From the NCBI GenBank assembly GCA_017992075.1, contig JAGOPI010000001.1, positions 3,358-67,357 of the forward strand: a stretch of 64,000 nt of DNA, given 5' to 3'. The notes under the pieces were generated by a model that did no database searches, was not told the origin of the DNA, and was given only the letters and a program-made list of their open reading frames with translations. Position 1 is the first letter of the stretch. Each line of letters opens with the position of its first letter. This document shows positions 9,456-17,316 of this stretch, piece after piece. Both the position numbers and the translations under genes were made by a program. Origin of the DNA: Candidatus Babeliales bacterium (GTDB lineage Bacteria; Babelota; Babeliae; Babelales; Chromulinivoraceae).

Positions 9456-9612
9456 AAAGTGACTCTCGGTTTTTATAAATCAAATATTTGAATATTGTTT
9501 TAGAATAAAAGTGGTTATTTTTTTTTGCAAGGATCTAAAAAAAATAAAAAAAATCAAGTCGTGAAATTTTTATTTTTAAGGTTATAATTGCAATATTTGA
9601 AAAATTTTCTTG

Positions 9613-9644
9613 TCTGGATCTCTGCTCTTGCGGAGATGACGGGA
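9613..9644 (+). repeat. Palindromic REP-like element copy (variant stem)
   Basis: tctggatctctgctcttgcggagatgacggga shares the tctggatc...gatgac termini with the other copies. It abuts the murA start region. Confidence 0.65.
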
Positions 9645-9646
9645 TT

Positions 9647-10933
9647 GTGAAAGGTCATCAGGTGTCATCAGGATATATTTTAGTTGAAAAATCACAGCCT
9701 TTGATGGGACAAGTTTCTTTGTCGGGCGCAAAAAATGCAGTTTTGGTTATTATGGCATCATTGTTATTAACCCGAGGCAAATCGGTTTTGCGTAATGTTC
9801 CGGCAATTGCAGATGTGTATGACATGATAAAAATTCTTGAATCTTTAGGTGTAAACGTTCAATTTGATGTAGAAAAAAACATTGCAGAAATTGATACAAC
9901 AAGTTTGCGTTATGAATCATTGGATCAGCAAGCTGTTAAAAAATTTCGAGCATCGCTTTTAATTTTTGGACCACTTTTAGCGCAATTTAAAGATGTCAAA
10001 ATTGCAATGCCTGGTGGTGATGCAATTGGTGCGCGTCCTGTTGATTATCATATTAAAAATTTTAAAAAATTAGGTGCACAGTCGTATCAAGATCAAGAAT
10101 ATTTGTACGGTGTCGCACAAAATTTGCAACCACAGCGTTTGGTTTTAGATTATCCAAGTGTTGGTGCAACTGAAAATTTATTGATGGCTTTAGTGCTTAC
10201 GCCTGGTGAATCATGCATTGTGAATGCAGCACTTGAACCTGAAGTGCTTGATTTAATTTCAGTTTTGCAAAAAATGGGAGCACAGGTTGATGTGATGCCT
10301 CCAGCAATGATTCGTATTCGCGGTGTGCAAGCATTACAACCAGTTGATCATGAAATTATTTTTGATCGTTTAGAGGCAGCATCAATTTTGATTGCAGGTG
10401 CAATTACAAAGGGTGACATTTATATTCCCGATGCTGATGTTTTTAATTTAGAACTTTTTTTAATGAAGCTTGAAGAAATGGGACATCAAATTATCGTTGG
10501 AAAAAATGGTAAGGGTGTTCGTTTCATTGCATCGCAAAATCCGCAAGCAGTATCATTTAAAACTGGACCTTTTCCGGGATTTCCAACTGACATGCAAGCA
10601 CTTATGATGGCAGCGCAAACGGTTGCAACGGGAAATTGTAATGTTGTTGAAACAGTATTTGAAAATCGTTTCTTGCATGTGCCGGAAATGAATAAAATGG
10701 GTGCAAAAATTCAGGCAACAGGACATTTTGCAAGCATGCAAGGAGTGTCATGTCAACTGTATGGAACTGATGTTAAAGCAACAGATATTCGTGCGGCTTG
10801 TGCGCTAGCTTTGCTTGGGCTTGCAGCGCAAGGACAAACAAGAGTTTTTGATGGTGTGCATCATTGGAAACGTGGTTATGAAACCTTGGATGAAAAGTTA
10901 CGACTTTTGGGTGCAAAAATAATTTTAAATTGA
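9647..10933 (+). CDS. murA: UDP-N-acetylglucosamine 1-carboxyvinyltransferase
   Basis: The GQVSLSGAKNAVL N-terminus and length are typical of MurA. The start is either the GTG at 9647 (ORF track) or the in-frame GTG at 9662, which is preceded by AAAGG and gives the canonical N-terminal length. Confidence 0.93.
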   Translation: MKGHQVSSGYILVEKSQPLMGQVSLSGAKNAVLVIMASLLLTRGKSVLRNVPAIADVYDMIKILESLGVNVQFDVEKNIAEIDTTSLRYESLDQQAVKKFRASLLIFGPLLAQFKDVKIAMPGGDAIGARPVDYHIKNFKKLGAQSYQDQEYLYGVAQNLQPQRLVLDYPSVGATENLLMALVLTPGESCIVNAALEPEVLDLISVLQKMGAQVDVMPPAMIRIRGVQALQPVDHEIIFDRLEAASILIAGAITKGDIYIPDADVFNLELFLMKLEEMGHQIIVGKNGKGVRFIASQNPQAVSFKTGPFPGFPTDMQALMMAAQTVATGNCNVVETVFENRFLHVPEMNKMGAKIQATGHFASMQGVSCQLYGTDVKATDIRAACALALLGLAAQGQTRVFDGVHHWKRGYETLDEKLRLLGAKIILN

Positions 10934-10957
10934 TCTTTTTTATTTTAAAGTAAAGGA

Positions 10958-11293
10958 TTGTTTGTGAAAAAAATAATGATATTTTGGGGAGCTGTTTTAA
11001 GTGTGAACATAGTGCAAGCAAGCGGTTCTTTGAGAGATTCTGAAGTTCGAACAGAACCATTAAGTAGTATTCCTCGAGTTGAAAGCGTTGAAGAAGAACG
11101 ATTGTCAAGTTTTCGTGATCTTCATACAGCAATTTCTGATCTTAATATTGCAACAGGTTGTTTAACGATTACAAAAGCTTATTCAACTGATCTTTTAAAT
11201 GATGCTCTTCCATTACGTAGAACTACAGATTTGAAAGATAGTGATATTGCTCAATTGCACAATCAAGAAACAAAATCTCAAAATCCAAGTTAG
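10958..11293 (+). CDS. Secreted hypothetical protein
   Basis: 111 aa with signal-like KKIMIFWGAVLSVNIVQA. No recognisable family. Confidence 0.35.
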   Translation: MFVKKIMIFWGAVLSVNIVQASGSLRDSEVRTEPLSSIPRVESVEEERLSSFRDLHTAISDLNIATGCLTITKAYSTDLLNDALPLRRTTDLKDSDIAQLHNQETKSQNPS

Positions 11294-11303
11294 TTAAAAA
11301 TTT

Positions 11304-12140
11304 TTACCAACTTGAAACAAGTTCTATAAGCTCGCGGGTAATTTTTGCTTGACGCAATTTATTAAACGCAAGCTTCATTTCTTTGAGTAAATTTTCTGCG
11401 CTTTGTGTTGCGTTGTCCATTGATAAAAATCGAGCTGATTGTTCTGAAAGCATAGAGTTCGTTAAAATAAGCAAAATGTTTGTCTTGAGTAAAATGCGAA
11501 ACATAGAGCGAGTTACGTCTTTTCGATCTTGAACCCATTCATAGTCTTCAAGTGTTACCTCAGAGCGAATTTCGCATGGATCTTGTTGAATTGGAATGAT
11601 GGTTATACTTTGTGGTTCTTGGATGAAAAAAGTTTTTGGATAACTTGAAAGGCAAACAACCGATTCATAATGTTTATGCAAGTGAATTATTTTTTCATAT
11701 AAATCTTGAGCAATTTTTTCCAAATTATTGGGCATTGCCTTATCAAATTCTAAAATTGGTTGAATGTTACGTTGAGCAAGGTACCAGGATGTTTTTTTCC
11801 CAACACTAATCACATGGCTATTTTCTAAGTGTTGTGTTGTTAAATGGCGATGAAAGTAGGCATACATTGTTGAATTGAATGTTCCACACAAGCCTTTTTC
11901 TGCAGAAAATAAAATATACAGCGTTTTAAACTTTGGTGCATGATCGTGAACTGTTTTTTGTGTGTCTGTTGTGAGTGCGCACAAAAGAGGTTTAACTTCG
12001 TTGCGAAAACGTTGCATTGATTCAGATTGCTTTTTAAGTTTCGAGTGAGATGACATTGAAATTAAACGCATCGTTTGAGCAATTTTTCGGATTGCACCAA
12101 TCGCTTTAATTCTTTGTTTTAAATGAATAAGTTGTGACAT
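11304..12140 (-). CDS. atpG: F-type ATP synthase gamma subunit
   Basis: N-terminal LKQRIKAIGAIRKIAQTMRLISMS, the GLCG motif (EKGLCGTFN), and C-terminal SEQSARFLSMDNATQSAENLLKEMKLAFNKLRQAKITRELIELVS. The start is taken at the ATG at 12140; the ORF track's TTG is at 12179. Confidence 0.85.
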   Translation of the reverse strand: MSQLIHLKQRIKAIGAIRKIAQTMRLISMSSHSKLKKQSESMQRFRNEVKPLLCALTTDTQKTVHDHAPKFKTLYILFSAEKGLCGTFNSTMYAYFHRHLTTQHLENSHVISVGKKTSWYLAQRNIQPILEFDKAMPNNLEKIAQDLYEKIIHLHKHYESVVCLSSYPKTFFIQEPQSITIIPIQQDPCEIRSEVTLEDYEWVQDRKDVTRSMFRILLKTNILLILTNSMLSEQSARFLSMDNATQSAENLLKEMKLAFNKLRQAKITRELIELVSSW

Positions 12141-12230
12141 ACTGTTTACGTTTTCTTTACGTTTTTTAATTCTTTTCAACTATCTTACGTTGAGTTTGAA
12201 AAGAGAACAAGTTTTTTGTGCTGGTAAGTT

Positions 12231-12263
12231 AAAAAAATAGGCTACGCTTTAAAAACGTAGCCT
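12231..12263 (-). terminator. Intrinsic terminator of the 12300-12665 gene
   Basis: Read on the minus strand, the sequence is aggctacg-tttttaaag-cgtagcct followed by a T-run (A-run 12231-12237 on plus). Confidence 0.7.
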
Positions 12264-12299
12264 TAATTCTTTATCGGTCATATTAACTAATTAATTTTG

Positions 12300-12665
12300 T
12301 CAATTTTTAAATTGTGCTTGTTCTTTAGCCGGCTGTAAGATTTTTTTATCATCAGGATGAGAATCGCTATCACTAGCAAGCATTGTTTGTAAGGTAAATA
12401 TTTTTGATACAGATAGAAAAGGATCAATTTCTTGATCGCTTAAAGTTGATGTATTTGGAAGATAATCATCATTACCAAACGCTGATTGTGGGGTAGGTAT
12501 TCGGGCAGGTATTGTTGATACATGATGAAAAGGCGCAGCGTTTAGGGCGCCTAAAAATAATGAATCAAATGATTCATTAAGAGAATCATCATCACTATTA
12601 TCATACGCTGATTGTAGGTCCGATATTGAAGCAATAAAGGAACATAGTATAAGTACTTTTTTCAT
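12300..12665 (-). CDS. Secreted acidic hypothetical protein
   Basis: 121 aa with signal-like MKKVLILCSFIASISDLQSA, then a Asp/Ser-rich low-complexity sequence. Confidence 0.4.
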   Translation of the reverse strand: MKKVLILCSFIASISDLQSAYDNSDDDSLNESFDSLFLGALNAAPFHHVSTIPARIPTPQSAFGNDDYLPNTSTLSDQEIDPFLSVSKIFTLQTMLASDSDSHPDDKKILQPAKEQAQFKN

Positions 12666-12963
12666 AAAACCTCTTGTTTTTAGTCTTTAATTTCTTTGTC
12701 TTCGAAGCTCGGCTTATAAATGACGGATTTTAAGCCGTCCGCTCAAGAGGCTTACCTTCTTGTAGAATACCTTATTTGTAGGCAAAAAGTAAGGCTTTTG
12801 GGTAAAAAATTTGTAAGATTTTTGACATGGAAATAGGTTATTTTTTTAAAAGTTGTGAAGTGCGCATTAGCAATGCTATGCTGATACAAAAATGTTTACA
12901 TGAAAATTTTAAAATTTATAAAAATTACAATTTTGAATTCAAAAGTATGGTGGGGGTAGGGAT

Positions 12964-13560
12964 ATGATTATTTTGATTGATGCCTATAATTTTATTAAAT
13001 CAATTTCGGCACATAAATTTGTGGATGATCGAGTTATTCAGTTATGGATAGTCACTTTTCAAAGCTACATGAAGCTTCGTGGCAATAAAATCATTTTAGT
13101 TTTTGATGCGGGGCCCTTTTTTTATCAAACGCGTGAAGTTTGTGGTGGAGTTGAGGTCGTGTATGCAGGGCATGAAAAAACTGCTGACGATGTGCTTAAA
13201 ATTTGGATTGATTGTAACGTTGGGCAGGATGTCTTATTGGTAACCTCTGACCGACAAATTCGCAATCATGCGTCAAATTTAGATGTTGTTTCGATTAGCT
13301 CTCAAGATTTTTATAAAGTTTTTAAATCTGTTATGTCTCGGGAAGAAATTGTTGAGCAAAAAGTGAGCAAAACGCTGCACAAAATGAAAAAAGATGATGG
13401 CGTGATTGACTTTGATTTGGATCAATTAATAGAACAGAATAGTCGCAATTTGGTTGCTGAACAGTTTAAAAATGAGTATTCTGAGCAGGTGCGAATTCGT
13501 GAAAACAGTAAAATGAGTAAAGCTGATCGTCAGATCATGAAAAAAATTGATAAAATATGA
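12964..13560 (+). CDS. NYN/PIN-like domain protein, YacP (Rae1)-like
   Basis: MIILIDAYNFIKS...VFDAGP...ADDVLKIWI...LLVTSDRQIR resembles the YacP-like NYN ribonuclease family. Confidence 0.6.
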   Translation: MIILIDAYNFIKSISAHKFVDDRVIQLWIVTFQSYMKLRGNKIILVFDAGPFFYQTREVCGGVEVVYAGHEKTADDVLKIWIDCNVGQDVLLVTSDRQIRNHASNLDVVSISSQDFYKVFKSVMSREEIVEQKVSKTLHKMKKDDGVIDFDLDQLIEQNSRNLVAEQFKNEYSEQVRIRENSKMSKADRQIMKKIDKI

Positions 13561-13973
13561 AGATTGTTCAATATTCGTTATCTGAAGTTGATGTTGTTGC
13601 AAAGCAATTATTGCAAGATTTAAAAGAATGTTCAATTGTTACTCTTTCGGGGTCTTTGGGTGCTGGAAAAACAACACTTACTTCTGCAATACTTCGTCAG
13701 CTTGGGGTATATGATTCAGTTATTAGTCCAACTTTTACCTATGTAAATAAATATGTTGCGGATGATGGTCGTACTATATTTCACTTTGATTTGTATCGTT
13801 TAAAAAATGCTATAGAATTTGAACAAGCTGGATTTTTTGAATATTTAGATCAGTCAAACAGCTTGATATTTATTGAATGGCCTGAAGTTATATTGCCATT
13901 GCTTGAACAAAAAGTATATCAGTTGAAAATTTCATCAATTGATCAGCAACGTCGACAAATTGAAATTTTATAG
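13557..13973 (+). CDS. tsaE: tRNA threonylcarbamoyladenosine (t6A) biosynthesis ATPase TsaE
   Basis: LSGSLGAGKTTLTSAILRQLGV, SPTFTYVNKY, HFDLYRL and IEWPE motifs. It overlaps the upstream gene by 4 nt. Confidence 0.85.
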   Translation: MKIVQYSLSEVDVVAKQLLQDLKECSIVTLSGSLGAGKTTLTSAILRQLGVYDSVISPTFTYVNKYVADDGRTIFHFDLYRLKNAIEFEQAGFFEYLDQSNSLIFIEWPEVILPLLEQKVYQLKISSIDQQRRQIEIL

Positions 13974-14004
13974 TAAGTAGCAATAATTTTATGGAAAATT
14001 TTGT

Positions 14005-14253
14005 ATGAGTTGTGATAAAAAGAATAGTGAAAATTGCTGTAAGCAACTGCGAAAAAATACAGCAATTGATCATTTGGTTTGTATCTGTATGGGCGTCATG
14101 CGCTCTGAAATAGAACAAGCAATTGACGATGGAGATGATACTTTTGAAGCATTATCTGAGCGTTTAGGTGTAGGTACTGGATGCAGTTCGTGTATTCCTG
14201 AAGTTAAGCAAATTTTAGAGTCAAAGAAGCAAACCAGATGCTGCAAATCATAA
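14005..14253 (+). CDS. BFD-like [2Fe-2S]-binding domain protein
   Basis: CICMGV...GVGTGCSSCIPEV is the four-Cys pattern of bacterioferritin-associated-ferredoxin-like domains. Confidence 0.7.
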   Translation: MSCDKKNSENCCKQLRKNTAIDHLVCICMGVMRSEIEQAIDDGDDTFEALSERLGVGTGCSSCIPEVKQILESKKQTRCCKS

Positions 14254-14261
14254 ATTAGTAG

Positions 14262-14289
14262 TTGCAAAGTTTGAAGATCCCAGTAAAAT
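14262..14289 (+). promoter_or_regulatory. Candidate sigma70-type promoter for the tRNA cluster
   Basis: TTGCAA (14262-14267), a 16-nt spacer, then TAAAAT (14284-14289), about 50 nt upstream of tRNA-Tyr. This is a by-eye match only. Confidence 0.35.
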
Positions 14290-14338
14290 AAAAATAGTAT
14301 TCAGTATTCTTTGTAATTTCCAGAAAATAAAATTATGT

Positions 14339-14423
14339 GGCGAGATTCCCGAGCGGTCAAAGGGGACGGACTGTAAATCCGTTGGCTCCGCCTTCGAAGG
14401 TTCGAATCCTTCTCTCGTCACCA
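14339..14423 (+). tRNA. tRNA-Tyr (anticodon GTA), type II with long variable arm, CCA encoded
   Basis: Folded by hand. Acceptor ggcgaga/tctcgtc, anticodon stem acgga/tccgt with loop ctGTAaa, T-arm gaagg-ttcgaat-ccttc. Confidence 0.9.
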
Positions 14424-14450
14424 TTCATTTTCACAGAAAATGAATGGCAG

Positions 14451-14481
14451 GCCATTCTCTTTGAAATGACTGTTTTTTATT
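14451..14481 (+). repeat. 31-bp direct repeat, copy 1 (tRNA spacer)
   Basis: gccattctctttgaaatgactgttttttatt is identical to 14585-14615. Confidence 0.9.
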
Positions 14482-14584
14482 GCGTGACTTTGTCACGAAA
14501 TATTAAGACCCAAAGGGTCATAGTAAAAATAACAATGGAAAAGGCAGCTTGTTGTTCATTTTTATTGAATAATGAAATGAACAA

Positions 14585-14615
14585 GCCATTCTCTTTGAAA
14601 TGACTGTTTTTTATT
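14585..14615 (+). repeat. 31-bp direct repeat, copy 2 (tRNA spacer)
   Basis: Identical to 14451-14481. Each copy is preceded by a ttcattt...aaatgaa hairpin and followed by a short GC hairpin. Confidence 0.9.
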
Positions 14616-14696
14616 AAACGCTTTTGGCGTAAAATAAATAGATTGAAAAAAGAGTAAATTTAAAAGAATGCTTTAACTTTGAAATGAATTTTATGT

Positions 14697-14773
14697 GCGG
14701 GAATAGCTCAACTGGCTAGAGCGACAGCCTTCCAAGCTGTAGGTTGCGGGTTCGAGTCCCGTTTCCCGCTCCA
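14697..14773 (+). tRNA. tRNA-Gly (anticodon TCC), CCA encoded
   Basis: Acceptor gcgggaa/ttcccgc, anticodon loop ctTCCaa, T-arm gcggg-ttcgagt-cccgt. Confidence 0.9.
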
Positions 14774-14974
14774 GTTTTCGTTGTTTATACAGCTTCATTT
14801 GACTATGCTGTTAAAGGTGTAATTATTGAAAGCGTAGTTTTTGAAAATAAAAAATGAAGACTGTCTGATCGAAGCTATAAACGAAAACAGACAAGATTTA
14901 ATAATTAATGATTTTTTGAATTAAATTTGAAAAATTTTTAAAATTGCATAAAATGTTGAAATAAAAGATTGTGA

Positions 14975-15049
14975 GCTGGCGTAGCTCAATGGTAGAGCAA
15001 CTGATTTGTAATCAGTAGGTTGCCGGTTCAAGTCCAGTCGCCAGCTCCA
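14975..15049 (+). tRNA. tRNA-Thr (anticodon TGT), CCA encoded
   Basis: Acceptor gctggcg/cgccagc, anticodon stem actga/tcagt with loop ttTGTaa, T-loop ttcaagt. There is one mismatch in the T stem. Confidence 0.85.
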
Positions 15050-15055
15050 TATAAA

Positions 15056-15082
15056 GCAACTACAAAATGTAGTTGTTTTTTT
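15056..15082 (+). terminator. Intrinsic terminator inside the tRNA cluster
   Basis: gcaactaca-aaa-tgtagttg followed by ttttttt, immediately after tRNA-Thr(TGT). Confidence 0.65.
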
Positions 15083-15139
15083 ATGCTTTTTGCTTTACAC
15101 TGAACATATAAATGAGCGTAATTTGCAGAATTATGTTGC

Positions 15140-15215
15140 GCCCACGTAGCTCAGTTGGTAGAGCACTTCCTTGGTAAGGGAGAGGTCACCGGTTCAAGTC
15201 CGGTCGCGGGCTCCA
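15140..15215 (+). tRNA. tRNA-Thr (anticodon GGT), CCA encoded
   Basis: Acceptor gcccacg/cgcgggc (one A-C mismatch), anticodon stem cttcc/gggag with loop ttGGTaa, T-arm accgg-ttcaagt-ccggt. Confidence 0.85.
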
Positions 15216-15268
15216 AAATTGATCAGTGCGAAGCGATGGGTGTAAAAAATTCTGTACGTTGAAAAAAT

Positions 15269-15344
15269 AGGTCAGTAGCTCTAATGGTAGAGCGGCAGAC
15301 TCCAAATCTGATGGTTGGGGGTTCGAGTCCCTCCTGGCCTGCCA
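15269..15344 (+). tRNA. tRNA-Trp (anticodon CCA), CCA encoded
   Basis: Acceptor aggtcag/ctggcct, anticodon stem gcaga/tctga with loop ctCCAaa, T-arm ggggg-ttcgagt-ccctc. Confidence 0.9.
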
Positions 15345-15382
15345 TAAAATTATTAATGCATGGTCTGTAAGGTTTAAAAAAC

Positions 15383-15583
15383 ATGAAAAATTTGAGTACC
15401 TTTTTTTGGGAAGTGAAGTACGAGTTGACTAAAGTTGTTTGGCCATCTCGTAGTGAGTTTTTAGGGGCTGTTGTTGTTGTCTTGATAACTATGGTCGCAT
15501 TCGCGATATTTTTAGGTTTAGTGAATTATGTTTTCTATATGGCATCTTTAAAGGGTTTTCAATCTTTAGTGTTCGGCCGTTAA
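15383..15583 (+). CDS. secE: Preprotein translocase subunit SecE
   Basis: 66 aa with FFWEVKYELTKVVWPSRSE plus a single TM helix, in the canonical position upstream of nusG. Confidence 0.9.
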   Translation: MKNLSTFFWEVKYELTKVVWPSRSEFLGAVVVVLITMVAFAIFLGLVNYVFYMASLKGFQSLVFGR

Positions 15584-15611
15584 TAGGGTGGCCAGTAAGG
15601 TTTTAATAAAT

Positions 15612-16130
15612 ATGAAACGTTGGTATGTAGTTCAAATATATGCGGGTTATGAAGCTAAGATTAAAACTGATCTTGAGCGCCGCATTGCAGAATCTTTGTT
15701 TAGTGAAAAATTTGGTGGTATTCATTTTCCTTCAGCGAAAATGAAGCAAGTTTTTAGCTCAGACGAAGAAGAAGATCAGCAGTTGTTTCCAGGCTACATG
15801 CTTCTTGAGGCAGATCTGTCTCCAGAGGTTATGCATTTAGTGCTTGAGGTTCCTCGAGTGCTTCGCTTTTTAGGCGGTAAAAATCCAGTTCCTTTATCTG
15901 CAAAAGAGGTCGATCGGATCTTTGAAAAAGTTAAAGGTGGAGTTACGCTTACAAGTAATAAAGATAGCCTTGTGGTTGACAGTGAAGTATCGATTACAGA
16001 TGGTCCATTTTCAGGATTCGTTGGAGTGGTTGAAAAAGTTGATCCTGATAATGATCGTGTTACGGTCATGGTTAGTATTTTTGGTCGTATGACTCCAGTA
16101 GAATTAAGTTTTGGTCAAGTTAAAAAATAA
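15612..16130 (+). CDS. nusG: Transcription termination/antitermination factor NusG
   Basis: KRWYVVQIYAGYE NGN-domain start and a C-terminal KOW region (ITDGPFSGFVGVVEKVD). The start is taken at the ATG at 15612; the ORF track's GTG is at 15588. Confidence 0.93.
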   Translation: MKRWYVVQIYAGYEAKIKTDLERRIAESLFSEKFGGIHFPSAKMKQVFSSDEEEDQQLFPGYMLLEADLSPEVMHLVLEVPRVLRFLGGKNPVPLSAKEVDRIFEKVKGGVTLTSNKDSLVVDSEVSITDGPFSGFVGVVEKVDPDNDRVTVMVSIFGRMTPVELSFGQVKK

Positions 16131-16150
16131 TGCATAAGATGGTGTAACGT

Positions 16151-16585
16151 ATGTCAAAAAAGAACGATAATGTTAAATCGAGGTTGAAACTGCTCATTCA
16201 GGGTGGTTCTGCAACTCCAGCGCCACCGGTTGGTTCAGCGCTTGGTCAACATGGTGTCAATATCATGGATTTTTGCAAACAATTCAATGCAAAAACAGCT
16301 GATCGCAGAGGTGAAAGTGTTCCGGTTGAAATCACAGTATTTAAAGACCGAACATTTACTTTTGTTTTAAAAACAGCTCCAACTTCAGAATTGATCCGCA
16401 AAAAAATCAACATTCAAAAAGGTTCTGCTCGTCCAAACGACAGTAAAGTTGGTAAAATTAAGTGGAGTGATGTGGTAGAAATTGCAAAAATTAAACTTCA
16501 AGACCTTAATACTCGTAGTGTTGACGAAGCAGCAAAAATTGTTGCTGGATCAGCGCGCAGTATGGGTGTTGATGTGATCGATTAA
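16151..16585 (+). CDS. rplK: 50S ribosomal protein L11
   Basis: GGSATPAPPVGSALGQHGVNIMDFCKQFN motif, with synteny after nusG. Confidence 0.97.
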   Translation: MSKKNDNVKSRLKLLIQGGSATPAPPVGSALGQHGVNIMDFCKQFNAKTADRRGESVPVEITVFKDRTFTFVLKTAPTSELIRKKINIQKGSARPNDSKVGKIKWSDVVEIAKIKLQDLNTRSVDEAAKIVAGSARSMGVDVID

Positions 16586-16600
16586 TAAGGATTTTGAACC

Positions 16601-17305
16601 ATGATTGAACACGGAAAAAAATACCGCAACGCTCAAGAAAAATTAAAAGGTTCTCTTTTAAAAATTACAACAGTGCCAGCAAAAGATGCTTTGAAAAAAG
16701 TAAAAGATTTGGCGTTTGTAAAATTTGATGAATCTGTTGATGTTTCAGTGAATTTAGGAATTGATGCATCAAAAGGTGAACAGGTTGTTCGAGGCAGTGT
16801 AAGCTTACCTCATGGTAATGGCAAAAAAACTCGAGTGCTTGTTTTTGCTGAAGGCGTAAAAGCTGATGAAGCGCGTGCTGCGGGAGCAGATTTTGTTGGG
16901 TTTGATGATCTTGTAGAAAAAATTACTGGTGGATGGATTGATTTTGAATATACCGTTTCTACACCAGAATTGATGCCTCGCCTTGGAAAACTTGCAAAAG
17001 TTCTTGGGCCTAAAGGGTTACTTCCAAATAAAAAGCTTGGCACGGTAAGCGATGATGTTGCAACAGTTGTAAAAGAATTAAAAAAGGGTCGATCATTTTT
17101 CAAAAATGATAAGTACGGTTTAGTTCATTTTGGTATTGGTAAAGTTTCTTTTGATGCTGAAAAATTGCATGAAAACTTCATGGAATTTATGAAAGTTCTT
17201 GGATCTTCAAAGCCATCATCTTCAAAAGGAAAATTTATTCGAAAAATCACCGTCTCGTCCACTATGGGAGTTGGTGTACATGTCGATATTGATAATTTGT
17301 CATAA
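16601..17305 (+). CDS. rplA: 50S ribosomal protein L1
   Basis: FDESVDVSVNLGID...GSVSLPHGNGK pattern, with synteny. Confidence 0.97.
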   Translation: MIEHGKKYRNAQEKLKGSLLKITTVPAKDALKKVKDLAFVKFDESVDVSVNLGIDASKGEQVVRGSVSLPHGNGKKTRVLVFAEGVKADEARAAGADFVGFDDLVEKITGGWIDFEYTVSTPELMPRLGKLAKVLGPKGLLPNKKLGTVSDDVATVVKELKKGRSFFKNDKYGLVHFGIGKVSFDAEKLHENFMEFMKVLGSSKPSSSKGKFIRKITVSSTMGVGVHVDIDNLS

Positions 17306-17316
17306 AAGGTAAAAGA

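Noticed and set aside
12666-12963. A 298-nt intergenic region with small hairpins (cggctta...taagccg, gacgg...ccgtc) was considered as an ncRNA (SRP RNA, 6S, RNase P) or as a decayed palindromic element (ccgctcaagagg resembles the cccgctcaaag loop).
   Set aside because: I could recognise no conserved ncRNA motif, and the element similarity is too weak to call. It is most likely the divergent promoter region for the flanking genes. An Rfam scan would settle it.
14337-14603. 88-aa ORF from the six-frame track starting at tRNA-Tyr.
   Set aside because: It is read straight through a well-folding tRNA-Tyr and the repeat-containing spacer. It has no RBS and a low-complexity translation, so it is spurious.
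14451-14615. Possible mini-CRISPR, given two identical 31-bp direct repeats.
   Set aside because: There are only two full copies, about 103 bp apart, embedded in a larger duplicated unit within a tRNA operon. There is no third regular repeat and no cas genes in the window.
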